Assembly (NCBI RefSeq): GCF_006345805.1
Contig: NC_043004.1
Location: forward strand, 7,316,001-7,380,000
DNA: 64,000 bases
Direction: 5' to 3'
DNA from: Octopus sinensis
Taxonomy: Eukaryota
Positions 25,111 to 40,115 of this stretch are shown here, piece by piece. The position numbers were made by a program, and so were the translations under genes. Within the stretch, counting starts at the first letter, position 1, and each line of letters starts with the position of its first letter. Under the pieces are notes generated by a model, which did no database searches, was not told where the DNA came from, and worked only from the letters and a program-made list of their open reading frames with translations.

Positions 25111-25713
25111 ACGGACCGGTGTCCTGTTCAAAGGTAATGTCGGGATCGAGAAGACATTCAGAGAAATTTAGTCTTCTAACTTCAGAACCAATGAAAGGCT
25201 TTTCTGTGACATCTCCCGCAGGAATTTCTCTATCATGACGTCATCTTTACGTAAAATATTCACTTCTCTGAGATTTTAACATCATGTATGGTGTATATAT
25301 ACAATACAATATACCTTAATGTGTATGGTGTATATATGATATAATGCATAGCTTTTATGGCGTCCATCAGTTTGCAGACGATCGAATCTATTAATTAATA
25401 ATGAACCTCCATCTGGTCGCAGTCACACAAATTCAACGCATTCCGCCATACTAACAAATCACTTGTCTATTTTTACGGCATCTCAGCCACCATTTTCAGT
25501 AGATATAGATCTTCAGTTTATCATATTTTGCCTGATACAGTCAGAATAATACCGAAACGTCCTGACTGGTCGCTTATCTGCTTGGGAATATGTAAGCACC
25601 AACGAAACTAATTTTAACTGTGGGCATTCTCCTATTACCAGCAATGCTCACGTTTAACATGCTTATCTTTCATAAAATTGAATCAAACCACCAAGTTGTT
25701 GGTGAATAACGCA

Positions 25714-25719
<6 letters not shown>

Positions 25720-25773
<54 letters not shown>

Positions 25774-27690
25774 TGTGTACAGTGCTCAGGTGCACTACAA
25801 CTCATCTAAAGTGTATATATAATCAGGTGTAGTTTCGACGGATTTCGGGAAGCATGAGGGCCTTAAAGGATGCAGTGTCATGGCAGTCAACAACTGATGC
25901 AGGCAGTTTATTCCACGCTTCAGCAACCCTGAGCGTGAAAAAATGTTTCCGAAAGTCATGGGAGCTGTGCTGTTTTCTGACTTTGTAGGCATGTCCACGT
26001 GTGTTAGACACATGGAAATCAAAAAGGTGTTCAGTGTTGTTGTTGGTGAGGTGGTTGATAACCTTGTGGGTGTTTACCAAGTCCGTCGCCAGACGCCGGA
26101 GCTTCAGTGAATCCATGCCCAGGGAAACAAGGCGCTTAGAATATGGTAGGTGTCTGATGGAGGGTATGCGTTTGGTTGCACGTCTCTGGACAGATTCCAG
26201 GAGGTCAATGTTCTGAGCAAGATAGGGATTCCAAACTGATGATGCGAATTCCAAGTGTGGTCGTACCATAGCTGTATACAGTTTTAAATAGATGGCTGGA
26301 GAGCGGCTAACAAAAGTCTTGCTGAGTGATGCCAAGACACCCTCGGCCTTCTTGACAATTTTAGAGATATGCTTTGTCCAACGCAAATCACTGCTGACAG
26401 TGATGCCTAGGTCACGCTCGCAAGAGGATTTCTTGATATCAGTGTTGTGGAGGGAGTATGTGGACGCAGGGTTTTTTCTCCCAAAATGCATGGTGGTACA
26501 CTTGTCCACAGCCAGTTTCAGTTGCCAGTCTGTGATCCATTGCTGCATTGTGTCTAGGTCTGATTGCAGGAAAGAGTTGTAGACATCAGGATCAGTCCTC
26601 TTGATTTCAAGGTACAGCTTGATGTCGTCTGCATATTTCAATACTGTGGCATTCTTTAAATTGGCATCTATGTCATTAATGTATGCCACAACAGGAGGGG
26701 ACCAAGACAGATCCCTGTGGTACACCCGATGACATCTCATATGGTGTAGAGTGCTGTCCTAGAACTGTGACTACCTCCTTTCGGCTGAGGATGAAGGATT
26801 TCAACCAGTTAAAAAGGTCATCCCCCACACCCATTGCAGAGAGTTTCACCATAAGCCTTTTGTGTGGCACAGAGTTGAAAGCCTTAGCAAAGTCAAGGTA
26901 GACAACATCCACCCATGAGCCACTGTCAGTGATCTGAGTAATGTCCTCAAGGAACTCGACAAGCTGGTCACTGCAGCTGGAGTTAGGGACAAATCCATAT
27001 TGTGAGGGTCGGATGAGACTGTGAGAGCTCCAGAAGTTCCAGAGTGTTCTCTGACACACGATTCCATCAGTTTTGCAATACAGCTAGTGAGACTGACTGG
27101 GCGATAGTTGACAGGTGATGTGCGGTCACCCTTTTTGAACAGAGGAGTGACACTGGCAGTTTTCCACTGCTCCGGAGTAGCACCATTGTTGAGACAGTAC
27201 TGGAAGAAAATAGAAAGCTGGTGTAAAAGGAATTGCCTGCCACGTTTGAGAAGCAGGTATGTAACTCCATCGAGACCAGGGGAGGCATAGTTGCGCTTAT
27301 TTTGAAGATGACGTCGCAGCATTGCAGGTGTAAATTCCATAGTTGTTATGGAGTTTGCTGTTAGTGATGGTGAAGATGGTACATTTTGACTTTCGACAGT
27401 GAATATGTTTGCATAGCACTCGGCAATGAGTTCTGCGCATTCCTTGGGGTCGTCAGTGATCTGGTTCGTGTGAGGGTTGCGAAGAGGGCCCACTGGAGAG
27501 TGAGGTCTCTGCTTTGAATGCACATATTTCCAGAAAACCTTGCTGTCAGGATTGGCTGCTATGCACTGTTCAAATTCAAGCACTGCATTTTTTGTCACTT
27601 GCTTGAGATGGTTGGAGGATTTATTCCGCTTCTTCCTGTTGGTGTCTGATTTATGCAACTTGTATTCCTGTTCAGCAGTGGATAACATTT
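25720..27690 (-). mobile_element. CR1-like LINE, 5'-truncated, with RT domain and (TTA)n tail
   Basis: Three overlapping ORF pieces carry KKGDRTSPVNYRPVSLTS, YLDFAKAFNSVPH, GVPQGSVL and KYADD. The C-terminus is RKHFFTLRVAEAWNKLP, and the 3' end is followed by trinucleotide repeats at 25720-25772. Confidence 0.95.
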
Positions 27691-27789
27691 GTAAAATTCA
27701 AACTAATAAATGGTTCGTGGGTCTGTTGACTTCCTCGGTATTCAGTCTCCAGCAAGAGTTTCCGTATTCTTTTCTACTTTGGGCACAAG

Positions 27790-27960
27790 GACCGAAATTT
27801 GGGGGGAGGGGATCAGTACGCAATAGATACTTAATTTATCGACCCCGAATTGATGAAAAGCAAAGTCGACCTTGGCGGAATTAGAACTCAGAACATAAAG
27901 ACAGATGAAATACCGCTAAGTATTTCTCCCGGCGTGCAAACGTTTCTGCCAGCTCGCCGG
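27790..27960 (-). mobile_element. SINE (40116-type family)
   Basis: Reverse complement of ggcgagctggcagaaacgtt..gagttc..cctttc..ggggtcgataaattaagta. Confidence 0.8.
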
Positions 27961-28558
27961 GTTCAAGAGTCTCCATATTGTTTCAGCTAACATCAGTATT
28001 TTCTGGTTCTGGTTACAGAATTCGCTGCCATACACGACTACAAGACATTCATCCACTCCCAGCAGATTCCTAAGTCACCTAAAGCCACAATTCGTTTCTA
28101 AGCGAAACTGAATTGAATATACTGGGAAAGGGGGGATTTAAACAATTGTCTTTTGTATAATCGCTCCAAACAAAATATTGCAACTAAGCCATATGGCCAT
28201 GTAAATGTGTGTGTGTGTGTATGTATATGTGTGTGTGTACGTATGAATATATACATACGTGTATGTATATATATATATATATATATGTATATATAAATAC
28301 GTGTGCATATGTATGTGTATATATATATATATACACACACACACACAAGCACATATATACACACACATATGTACATAGATAATACGATTACGTACGTGTG
28401 TGTGTGTGCATGTGTTTGTGTGTGTAAATATGTATGTATTTGTGTATGACTAGGTGAATATATATGTGTGTGTATGTATTTATTATATATTAACACGTAC
28501 ACACATTGAAGCATACACACAGACATCTATAAACGTACATATGTATATATATATATAT

Positions 28559-28597
<39 letters not shown>

Positions 28598-28619
28598 CAA
28601 ACACACATATATACGTATA

Positions 28620-28966
28620 TAAAGGGTAAAGACCCCCTTCGGTCATGAATGACCATGGGATTGCACCTAGAAAGTTACCCTCCTAGACACAAGTCTGGGC
28701 AAGGTTGTTTTTATGGAAGGCCAGCAGTCGCCCATGCATACCAGCCTCCCCTCTCCACGCCACCAGTGTTATCCAAGGGAAAGACAAAGGTCGATACAGC
28801 TTGGCACCAGTGACGTCGCAACTCATTTCAACAGGTGAGTGAACTGGAGCAACGTGAAATAAAGTGCCTTGCACGAGAACACAACACGCAGCCCGGTCCG
28901 GGATTCGAGCTCACAACCTCACGATCGTAAGCTCGACGCTCTAACCACTGAGCCATGCGCCTTCAC
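28620..28966 (-). mobile_element. tRNA-derived SINE, full length
   Basis: Minus-strand head gtgaaggcgcatggctcagtggttagagcgtcgagcttacgatcgtgaggttgtgagctcgaatcc has A/B boxes, followed by the body. Confidence 0.85.
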
Positions 28967-28971
28967 GTATA

Positions 28972-29014
<43 letters not shown>

Positions 29015-29406
29015 AAATATTATTTATGAATAGACACACACACACGTGCGAGCGTATTATGTTATTTTCTTCCTATTAACCGCAATTACCTTGTCTATAA
29101 CCATTCCTGTAATTATTTTCTTTCTATATTTTTTTTACCAAACTTTCGTTATTTCGTTGTTTGGTGGGGAAGAATTGTATTTTTTGTCACAATGGCTGAT
29201 TATAAATCTGAAATAGTGCTCCTGCGAAGAATGACTTAATATTCTGGAGGATATCATTCGAGTTGATGGGTAAAGTTAGTGAAATAAACGGAACCAATTC
29301 CATAATTCTGTTCACGAAGTAATACAGCATCAAATTTGCTTAAACATAGCCTCTGTTCTTGCTGCGTTAATTGGACAACACCTTCCATAGCTTTTCATAC
29401 AAGTTC

Positions 29407-29526
<120 letters not shown>

Positions 29527-29976
29527 CCCTTCCTCTGTGTGTGTGAGTGTGTGCGTGCGTTAATGTTTTTATTGGCATAAAAGTATTTAGGCTACCGGAG
29601 TATATAATTAAGTAAATGTGTGAAAGGGGGACGGGAAGACAGAGGGGTGAATGACAAAAGGATTAAAGTCTGTGTGTGTGTGCGGGTCAATGTATGTGTA
29701 TGCATGTATGTATGTGCCAATCTATATGTGTGTGTGTGTGTGTGTGTGTGATCATTTGACCGTGTAATGATGATCACATCTTCTGTAATTGTTCTTCCCA
29801 ATGGTTATTCGGTTTTATTGCTTCGACACCAGATTAACTGACTCCGTTTATCACCAGAAACAAGAAATTAGGAAGACTAAGACCATTCTTGTGGATTACT
29901 GCTAATTAACCCCATCGCTTCTCTTCGTCTGCCTCTGTCTACCTATATAAGAATATATATGCATTTGCGTGCATAC

Positions 29977-30035
<59 letters not shown>

Positions 30036-30080
30036 CATACATACATACATACATACCTATATATATACATATATAGATAA

Positions 30081-30129
<49 letters not shown>

Positions 30130-30308
30130 CTTTCATATATAAAAGTGTATATATTTCTACAATATATATATATATACTTTCATATATAAAAGTGTATAAT
30201 ATTTATACAAAGAGAGGCGACACTTGAGAGGACGTCTTACATGCTTGAGAAGGCAGCCAAATATATATGTACATATGTATATGTATGTATGTATGTATAT
30301 ATATATAT

Positions 30309-30339
<31 letters not shown>

Positions 30340-30394
30340 ATGTATGTACGTATGTATGTACGTATGTACGTATGTATGTATGTATGTATGTATG

Positions 30395-30463
<69 letters not shown>

Positions 30464-33356
30464 GGGAAATACTGAGAAAATGTTGGAAATGCGTCAAAAT
30501 TTCATCACAGGCTTTCAACGAATATGTCAAAATCACGCGTAAACGGTTCTTCTCCCCAGAAAAGGAAAGATTCGTCTGCTATTTCTTGCACGCCTTGCTA
30601 CCAAGTAACAAGTGTTTCGGGTCCTTTGTAGCAAATAGCTGTAACTTGGTAGCAGGGCGTGCTAAAAATAGCAGCCAAATCTTTGCAGGTGAGATACGTT
30701 GAATGCACTCGAAAAAAAAACCTATGGGTAAAAATTATTTTACACCGAGGTTACGAAGGGGTCTTTTACGAAATATTTACCATATTTTTAAAGTAATTTT
30801 CACTTTAAAATATTTTTTAATATACCAAAAAATAATTTTGGAATGGCATTCACTTGAAAATAATTTTAAAAAACAGTAAAATATTGTCTGTTTATAGAAA
30901 GCTAAAATATAAATGCTTATCGTATAAACAACTTGCATTTTTGAAATCACATTCACTTAAAAATATTTCTAAATGATTCAAATATTGAGTTTAACAAAAG
31001 CGAAAGTAGAAACAATTACTGTAAAAAAACAAAACGTATTTTTTCGTTGTCAAGCCAGTATGTCTAATCGAAAGGTAAGAGTTACTTCCCTCTCACGATT
31101 AATGTAATTTCGGAGAATTTTCCCACTATGCACCGTTGTGGTATTTATACCCCGAAAACCTGTAATATCTCCACAACTACTTACCCGATTTACGCGAAAT
31201 TTGTTTCATTCCGTTCGTATTTACATTTCAGGGGTGACTTAATCCATAGTATTTTTCCGTTTTGTGCTAGTTTGATTGCGTAACTTTGCAAGCAAGATTT
31301 AAACTGACTTTGAATGTATTATAGATATATACACAAATAGTGCGTACACGCCATGTTTGGTTTGATACATTGGTTTGATATCATTGTATCATATATTCCT
31401 ATAATGTATACAAACTTCCTACACTTAGATCCTTGGATCTTATAAATTACGTGTGGGGGGGGGATGAACAAAGAATGAACAAACATTTTCAATGATATTT
31501 ATTTCGCTTACACATGTTTCAAATGGTCAGGAAATTGAATCCATTGCACTTTGTGCTTTGTATTCTTAATCGATCCGTTAGTTGATCGATTAATTTGCCA
31601 AATTCACGGAACAATTAGTTGATTCCTGAACTATTCTTTTCAAATCTTTAGTCGCATTTCTTAGATTATTTCTTGGAATATATACAGTCAGAGCTTCTGT
31701 AAGAGCTTATATAAATTCTACATACGAGACTTCTTTCCTTAATTTATTACCTTGTGTCTATTTTATAGTCTTTGGAGCTGTTTTCTTATCAGATGTTACT
31801 GATTCAAAGTCCATAGGAAGGGAACAAGCGCAGTATTTGCATCCCCTCAAAATAAATTCGTATTTCATTGTGTGGAGTAATTAAGTGCAAACCAATTAAC
31901 AATTCAAGACCGAAAGTACTACGAAACATCGTCTATTAAGTTTATCGAAGAATTCCTGACTTACGATCATTGAATAAAATTGCATTCAATAAAATATATT
32001 TTTTAAAGGAGTTAAGTTACCAACCGTTCAAAGAATTCAATGAAATGGAATATATTCTCGGGAAAGGATAAACTACATTATTTTTGTTCTGAAAATTGCA
32101 GATCACAACAGAAAATTATGGAGCGAAGTTTTTAGTAAAGAAGTGTTTAAAACCTAAATATTGAGTAAAATAAAAATGGTGAAGGAGAATCGTTAAAATA
32201 TGATCCAGGGTCTAAGCTATTCATTTTGATAGAAGTTATTTCGAAGAGGATTTAATACATTGTTATGGGTTAATTCATATGAATAAATATACCCAAGGGC
32301 AACATAAATTTACGTTACTATTGCTATGTAAGTTCTTGCTTTTTTTTTTCATGTGTACAGACTTGATCTATGGACGTACTTCGATGCCTGATCGTTAATA
32401 GATGTCGAAAAAATATGATATAACATACAAAGCCTGTTTGAACCAATGGTATGTCACGGTCTCCTTGTTTTACTTTAAGACAGAGGTCGTTAATATCACT
32501 CCTGATGTGGACATTTCTCGTAATGGTTATCAGGTTCTAACAGTTATACTCCTGATTTCATCTTGCCTCCAATCAAGTAGCATAACTCTTGGTATGAGTA
32601 GCGAAACAGACGACACGTTGTAGTCCACTGATTTCTTGAATGCAAACAGCTATGAGGAGTAGAGTCTTCTTGTACGTGCGTTATATGCCTTCGTTACGCG
32701 TTCCATGTGTGTGTGTGTGTGTATAAATTTGCATTTATGTCACAAATAACAATATACTAGTAAGAACAATATCCACAAGACTCCAAAATATCAACAAAGA
32801 TGGACAGAGCATGTAAAACTTATGTAAGATGCCTAAACACACGAACGCACACGCACACACACGCACATACACACGATAGGTTTGGGATCTTAATGATCGT
32901 GCTTATTAGCTCTGTACACTCCTGCATGTATTTGGCTAGCGCTGCACACTGCAGCAAAATGATAGATATTTCTATTTCATCATCGAGTCACGAAATTAAT
33001 TAACGTAATCGCAACTCGTTTAACGATGTCAGGTATTCTGCAGCTCCAGTCCTTGTAACAATATTAGCTGCACATTTGATGCTGGAAAGAGACATAAATA
33101 AATGAAGATGAATAGATAATGACGGGTTCAACGGATGCGACAACTATTTTAATAGCACGGCAATTTATCCGCTCGCAATGTATTCATATCATTATTATTC
33201 ATTTATTCAAAAATTGCCACCCGTTTCGTTAAGCATTTTGAAACCATCGGAAAATAAAAATCAACTGCAATTAATTTTTATCTTCTAAGAACAAATGTGT
33301 TGCCATACTGAAATATTTACGGCACGTACTGAACTCTGATTATCTATTCACCTTCA

Positions 33357-33797
33357 TCATACATACATACATACATACATACATACATACATACATACAT
33401 ACATGCATACATACATACATACATGCATGCATGCATACATACATACATACATACATACATACATACATACATACATACATACATACATGCATACATACAT
33501 ACATGCATACATACGTACATGCATACATACATACATACATACATGCATACATGCATACATACATACATACATACATACATACATACATACATACATACAT
33601 GCATACATGCATACATACATACCTACATACATACATACATACATACCTACATACATACATACATGCATACATACATGCATACATACATACATACATACAT
33701 GCATGCATACATACATACATACATACATGCATACATACATACATACATACATACATACATACATACATACATACATACATACATACATACATACATG
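33357..33797. repeat. Long (CATA)n/(CATG) tetranucleotide microsatellite
   Basis: Direct reading; about 440 bp. Confidence 0.97.
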
Positions 33798-33984
33798 TGT
33801 ATGTGAGCGCACGCGCATTCATTAAATGTTTTTTTTTACTTTTCGCTTGTACATTTACAATACATTTTTTTTACTTATTAAATAACTGAACGCAACGCAA
33901 CCTCGTTTTTATTAGCAGTAAGTTGTGCATTTATGTATATGCATACATATAGATAGGCAGAGAGACAGACAGGCAGATAGATAG

Positions 33985-36190
33985 ATAACTTTCTTTCTTG
34001 GCCACACAGGGCTGGACACAGAGGGGACAAATACAAATGTAGAGCTTTTCTTTTCGAAGATGGAAAAGGCAACAGAAAAAAAGGAAACAAATGTAAAATT
34101 CCGATCAAAAGGGATCGAGAAAAAAAGCGATCAAAAGGGACGTGTATCACAGAAAGAAAAATTTCTTTTCAAAGTAACAAACAAGATTAGGTTCATCCGT
34201 TGAAAGAAAGCATACAGAAAAGACCACGGACTCTTCCGGAGAAGCCCCGCGGTGCCACCTCCGTCCATTCTCGGCAGACACGGAGAAAAATAAATGTCGA
34301 AATGTCTGCCGAACATGTGCTGGAGGGGCCGAAGGGCTGTGGAGTCTGGCCTCACTGATGGCTATGATATGCAGATTTTGTGACTTGATGTTGTTTAACA
34401 AGTAGCCTTGTTTCCAAGGCGACCCCAAGCCACGTACATTTATACTGGCTATTTTGGATATGTCCCTATCGAAAGTTGTGTTTTACACACGAAAGGAAGA
34501 CGAAGGAGAAAGAGAGAAAGAGTAACTTGCTCTCCGAAAGTTCTTTGTTCTTCACCTCACAGTCTTCTCCCAGAAGGTTTTGTACAGTTTTTTAGAGAGG
34601 TATTTTTTTGAAATCTCCCAACTGCATCCGAGTAGGGAAATTTCAGTGTGCTGTGTGTGTTCTGTGTTATGTGTATGATTTTAATGTGTTGTGGTGGTGC
34701 CGTGCGTGGGTAATTCTTTGTTTTGGTATCATTTTCGGTTATGTTGGTGTTTGACCTTATGTATTCCATCAGGTCTGGATTGCTGGTGTTTATGGCTGTC
34801 AACATAGTTGGGGTGTTTGGTGTTAGTGTGTTTATGTTGATGCTTATGTTTTCTGAGGGTGTTTTGGTTTCCAGAGAGTTAAACATCCCTGCTTTTTTTT
34901 GTCTGCTTCCCTATTCTTTTTCCCCACTTTTTCTCCTCCCTCCTGTGGCCACTTGCCAATCCTCTGTGTCGTCTTCATCTGACGACATGTCGGAGGAATC
35001 AGAGGGTGGGAGGGGAAGGGTATTGAGATCTATTTCTGAGTGTCTTGACTTTGTTGTTGGTAGTGTTGGTGCTGTTTGGTGACAGTTGGGATGTGGTATT
35101 TGGGTTTTTGGAGGTGGGGTATGAGTCTTTTTGTTTTTCTCTTCCTCCTTTGAAGTTGTTGTTGCTGTTGGTGGTTGTGGTGATGATGGTGTTGCTTCTG
35201 TTCTTAGTGGCGCTGGTGGTGGTGTTGTTTGGTTGGGCTGACTTGCTAGTTGCTGATGTTCTTTCATTTGCTTGTAGAGCTGCTTAATTAGTTGTGCATA
35301 TGGCGATGCGGATAGCAGTGCTGGATTTTTGCTCGGCTTTTGGTTTTCTTGTGGTTGTTGTTGTTTTTCGTGATCTTGTTGTTGTCGTTGCTGCTGCTGT
35401 TGCTGTTGTTGTTTTAATGCTAGTGGGCAATTAATTTTCAAGCGTGCTACCACAAACGCAGCAACGTGGCTTTCTGCCTTCGACGGCCACATGTAAACTC
35501 GAATCCTCTGTCAATTGGATTCGATGTGGAATTTTTTCGAAATTCATTGGATCGATTTGAGCAAAGATTTCGACTCCTTGGCCAATCCAGTTTTGCTGGT
35601 CCAGGACAGCGATTTCCAAGATATGGATTTCGTCCTCGATGACATAGCAAATGGCAGACACAAGCCATTTTATTTCTATTTCAGGGAGCACATTTTTTAT
35701 TGTTATTTTTGTGACCCTACGACCAAGGTATGTAGGGATCATCAGTAAATTTTCAAATCGAAAGGACTTTGTGGAGAGCTCCTTGGCTCTTTCTTCACTG
35801 TCGAATCTCACTTCGATCATGACAAATCTGTTTCCTCTCGTCTTTAAAGGCCTATTTGGGCCTTAAAAATTTTCTACATTTTCTTGAATGGCCCTTTCAT
35901 ATAGCTTTGTTTTTAGGTTGACTATCTTGTGATGTTTTGTGGTGTCTGTAGTTGTATGCTGAGGTCGTCTTTTTTAATCAGAGCTCAACTATCAAACTAA
36001 TTTATGAGCACATAACAAGTGATGGCCGATAAAATAAGGTCACTTGGGTAAGGAATGACCATGCTACTTTTCTCTTTTAACAATGCTTGTTGTTCTTGTT
36101 CTTGTTTCAACCATGGCTGTCTCTGCGAAGTTATTTGTGTTGTTGTTTACTTTCTAAAACAGTAAGAGGAGAGATTTGCTCGCACATCAC
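33985..36190 (-). mobile_element. L1/Tx1-like LINE, internally deleted: ORF1 (zinc knuckle) + APE start joined to 3' UTR
   Basis: ORF1 remnant VAVEGRKPRCCVC..LKINCP with a Gln/Pro/Thr-rich tail. ORF2 start is ASINVRGLGSPWKQGYLL..IIAISE. From about 34229 leftward the sequence matches the 3' UTR at 47555-48260. The 5' end is approximate. Confidence 0.8.
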
Positions 36191-37213
36191 TCTCTACCCA
36201 CATTTTATTCCATCCACATCTTTACTATAAGGGGTCCTAACAAAATCCGATAATAGTTATAGATGCAAATCTATCTAATTACTTGTCTCCTTCTAAAACC
36301 AATCATAACATGGCGATCGGTCGACTTACAACATCGTTCTTCGTCTTGAGTTTACTTGCTAGAGTGTGTTTGTTAACTTGACAACAAGGTCAAGGTGAGC
36401 TCTGACTGGGGTCCGGAACTCTCGTGTAAGAAAGATTTCGCGTCCGGAAATAGAACTGACAACCTCACGGTCGTAAGTTCGGCGCTCTAACCACTGAGCC
36501 ATGCGCCTTCACTGTAACTATCGATACATAACAAATATAGCAGATAGATCTATAAATGCTTCTATATTCTCCTTCGCAAGTATTTCAGGGAGCTGACAAT
36601 TAACAACCATCTTGTGTATCAAATCTGTCCCCAAATAAATTGCATATTTTCGAAGGGGTTAGAGCTAAGCGATACAAGTTGGAGTATTATTTGAATCCTG
36701 TCAATCAAGTTAAAATGGTTGTTTTTTCCTCATTATCTCCAATTCTTGTCTTTGACATCTTGAAAGTCTTGTGGCTACAATTAACCGCTTGGTTCGTTTT
36801 CTTCAGAAAACTTTCATCGTCTTGTAATATTTCCGGAATTGCACAAAGGAATCATCGACATTCACGTCTTTCGCTTCTGTAACACTTTACCGAATTCATA
36901 ATATTCCGTGCCAGACTGAATTTAATGGCTTTAGATTTTAAATTCCACCTTCACTCGGCTCATGATGTAAAGTTAGAATAAGTGGTTATGCGTAAAATCT
37001 TCGTTTAAAAACTATTACAGCAAAAGCTGTATAGTATTTATTTTCATTAAGACTCAGGTGTGTGTGTGTGTGTTATATTTATTTTCGAATGCCAATTCAT
37101 TTTACCATATATATTATCATATTCTGCTTTTTGTCCAACCCGGTTACTACATGTTTTTGACACTAATATTTTCGATATATTTCCGAGATATTTATTTCTC
37201 ACTATATTCATTA

Positions 37214-37600
37214 CTAGCAGTATCGCCTGGCGTTGCTCGGATTTGTTTCGACCCTTTATATTTGGAATTTTTGAAAAGTAAAAATTTTGCATTATGTAGC
37301 TTGTTATTCTCTTTAAGTGAACATTTTTCTGGTTGAAATACACTGAAAAATGGCGACACAGCAGTAAAAAAATCGTTAAAAATAGGGATTTTCATAGAAA
37401 AAAAGCACCTTTTTGATGTTAATAATTTTTGGTGTTAACATGGTCCGATTTGAATTTTTTCTTCTACGGAAGGAAGAGCAAGCCTTCTATCATACTCTCA
37501 ATTTTGGTCAACTTGCGCCGCAAGATCTTGGAGGAGATAGTGTTAGTTGAAGGCTACCAAACCTGCCATACACAGACAACTTCAGCTATATATATTGAGA
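37214..37600 (-). mobile_element. Non-autonomous Helitron-like element
   Basis: Minus strand reads a|tctc...ctag|t. Closely similar to 59789-60180 and 62660-63053. Confidence 0.8.
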
Positions 37601-39499
37601 TTTATACTTATTTTCCGCTCCACGTTCCTTTATGAAAACATGATCTTGTTCGTCAATGGCTCTCTATTTACCAGGCCCTATCTCTTTCCGTGTCTGCTTC
37701 ACCAACTCGTTTCCACTTTGCAATTATCATATTTTATTTCTACTTCCATATTCTATTTCTACTTTATCCAACCGATTTTTAAACTCTATAACTCTGTCAG
37801 TCAAATCATCCGTATTTTTTACTGTTCTTAAATTAAACGACTCCTTCCGCTTGTCTTTATTTGATGTTCTTTACCATCATCTTTTCATCGTGTCACCATG
37901 TCTTACATTTACTTCTTGTCTCTCTCCAGAGCTTAAAACAATGACATAAGACCCCTCGTGGTGTCCATTTACCATTTTATGTATTTCCATTTTATCAACT
38001 TCGATCAGTTTAGTTTTCAGTTTAGGAATTTTGAGTTTTTCTTCTTTTTGCTTTCCCCAGCCTTTCTCGACACATGATTTTCATACCGTGTAGTTGTTGC
38101 TTCGTAATTCTTCTTTGCATCAATTCAATTTTTCCTATGCGTTCTTTACTGCAAAGATATATTATTACACTATCTAAATGCTATCGTTCTTAATTTCATT
38201 TTAATTATAGACATCCTTTAAGAGTCCCTTTAAGAGACATTTATTGCTATAAATATTACTATAACATCTTGTCTTTAATATTTCTGTTTTTAATGTTAAT
38301 TTCAAGCTTTTGAGCGCATTTAGCAGAATATTTTACAGATACAGAAAGTCTAACTGGTTTCTCCCCATTCCGGCTCTTTCCGTCATTGTCCGGTTTTTCT
38401 ACTCACTTTCACCAGCCCCGACATAACATTATTCTTTGATTTTCAATCTTGGTGCGACAAATATAATCACCAATTCAAAAAGCAGGAAAATATCCAGGTG
38501 ATGGCTTAGATGGCCAAAACTTCCAACTCACTGTCAATACTGTTCTTGTCAAAGAGTAATAAATTTGTACTCTACCGAAAGTAATCCTTCAGTTTCCTGT
38601 AAAATTGATTTTATTATAACAAAAACAAACACATTTATTTTATCCTATTTGGCCTGTACTTCATCTTTTATTCGTTTTAGTTTGCTTTGTGTCTGTCTGT
38701 CTGTTAGTCTGTGAGTTGGGAGATCGAAGTATTTTTCCACAAAACTTAAAGGATTTGTGCAGTGAGTCAACTGTACTCGTCGGTCAATTTTAATCTGGGG
38801 GTTTTTTTGCCTTTTCTTTTCCCCTTTCTTTCTTTCTTTCCTCCAAATTCGCCATCTTCACTAATTCCACAGATTACATTAATCAACAACATAGAAACTT
38901 TAGGTTCGAGGAAATAGCCTGATTTATCAACGAACAGGTTCGAACAATTCCAAAACCGATAAACATTGAGTGCTTAGTGCATTTTCTTTTTATTTGCACG
39001 GAAACACATATAGATATTACACACACACACACACACACACATATATTGCTTATCACTTCACCGTTTGGCAACCGATATTGGTTTATTTATGTTCCTAGTA
39101 ACTTAGCGCTTCGACTAAGCGACCGAAGAGATATGTACCAGAATTTTACTAATAATAAATAATGGAGTCGATAAATACGTTATGGTGGTGCCCCAGCGTG
39201 GCCATTGCCCAATGAACGAAACAACTTAAAGTAAAAATAAAATTTTTAAATTTATGAATTTAGTAAAATCGGTTCCGTTTCTTTTTTCACTCTCTCTCTC
39301 TCCCTCTCTCTCTCCCTCTCTCCCTCTCTCTTTCCCTCTCTCTCTTCCTCTCTCTCTCTCTCTCAAGTGGGAAATAGAAAAAAGAAAAAATTATTGATGT
39401 AAGGGAAATAACTATTGCATTTTGCAGTTAAATTATTTCCCTTGAAATTTTTAGCTCACGTGGGGATAAATTAATTTTTAATTGCAATTCATTAATCGC

Positions 39500-40000
39500 A
39501 GCCGAATACAAAGCATGGATGAGAATTAGTGTTGCGAAGAATGAGGCTTTGGTCCTCTCAAAAAAAATCTTCCCAGTGCATTCTGCATGTAAAAGTGGAA
39601 GGTCACTGAGACACAAGCAAGAAGTTTAAATATCTCGGGAGTCGTTTCAACGAGTGATGAACGACCGTATGATGGAAGAAGCCAAATTGGATGCCAGAAT
39701 TCTAGGTGCCGGCACTTTTATGTACCAACTCCAGCATTCGTTCCTCAGAAGAGATGAAGTTGGTAAAAAAAAAAAAAAGAAAGCCAAACTTGTTATTTTC
39801 GGTTTTGGTGCCTTTTCTCACCGATAGACATGAATGAGTAGGATCGCGAATATAAGCAGCCGAAACGTTGAGCCATTGAAGAATCTCTGGAGAAACGGTC
39901 CACGGCGGGTTGCATAGCTCAGACATCAGGGAGCCGCTCCACACTGAGCCACTATTATTCCTCATTGGACTGCCACAGCTCCGGTAAAATGGTCATGGGA
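39500..40000 (+). mobile_element. RTE-like LINE fragment (degenerate)
   Basis: FKYLG..LDARI..KAKLVIF..SSDIREPLHTEPLL remnants across frames. Ends are approximate. Confidence 0.55.
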
Positions 40001-40115
40001 TTGGAATATTGTAGGAAAGAGAGAGAAGTGGGGAGGGAAAAGAGAGGAAGAAAGAGACTGGGGTGTTTTATAAAACTATTTAGAGGCAAAACCCATCAAT
40101 ATTTTCAACAACTGA

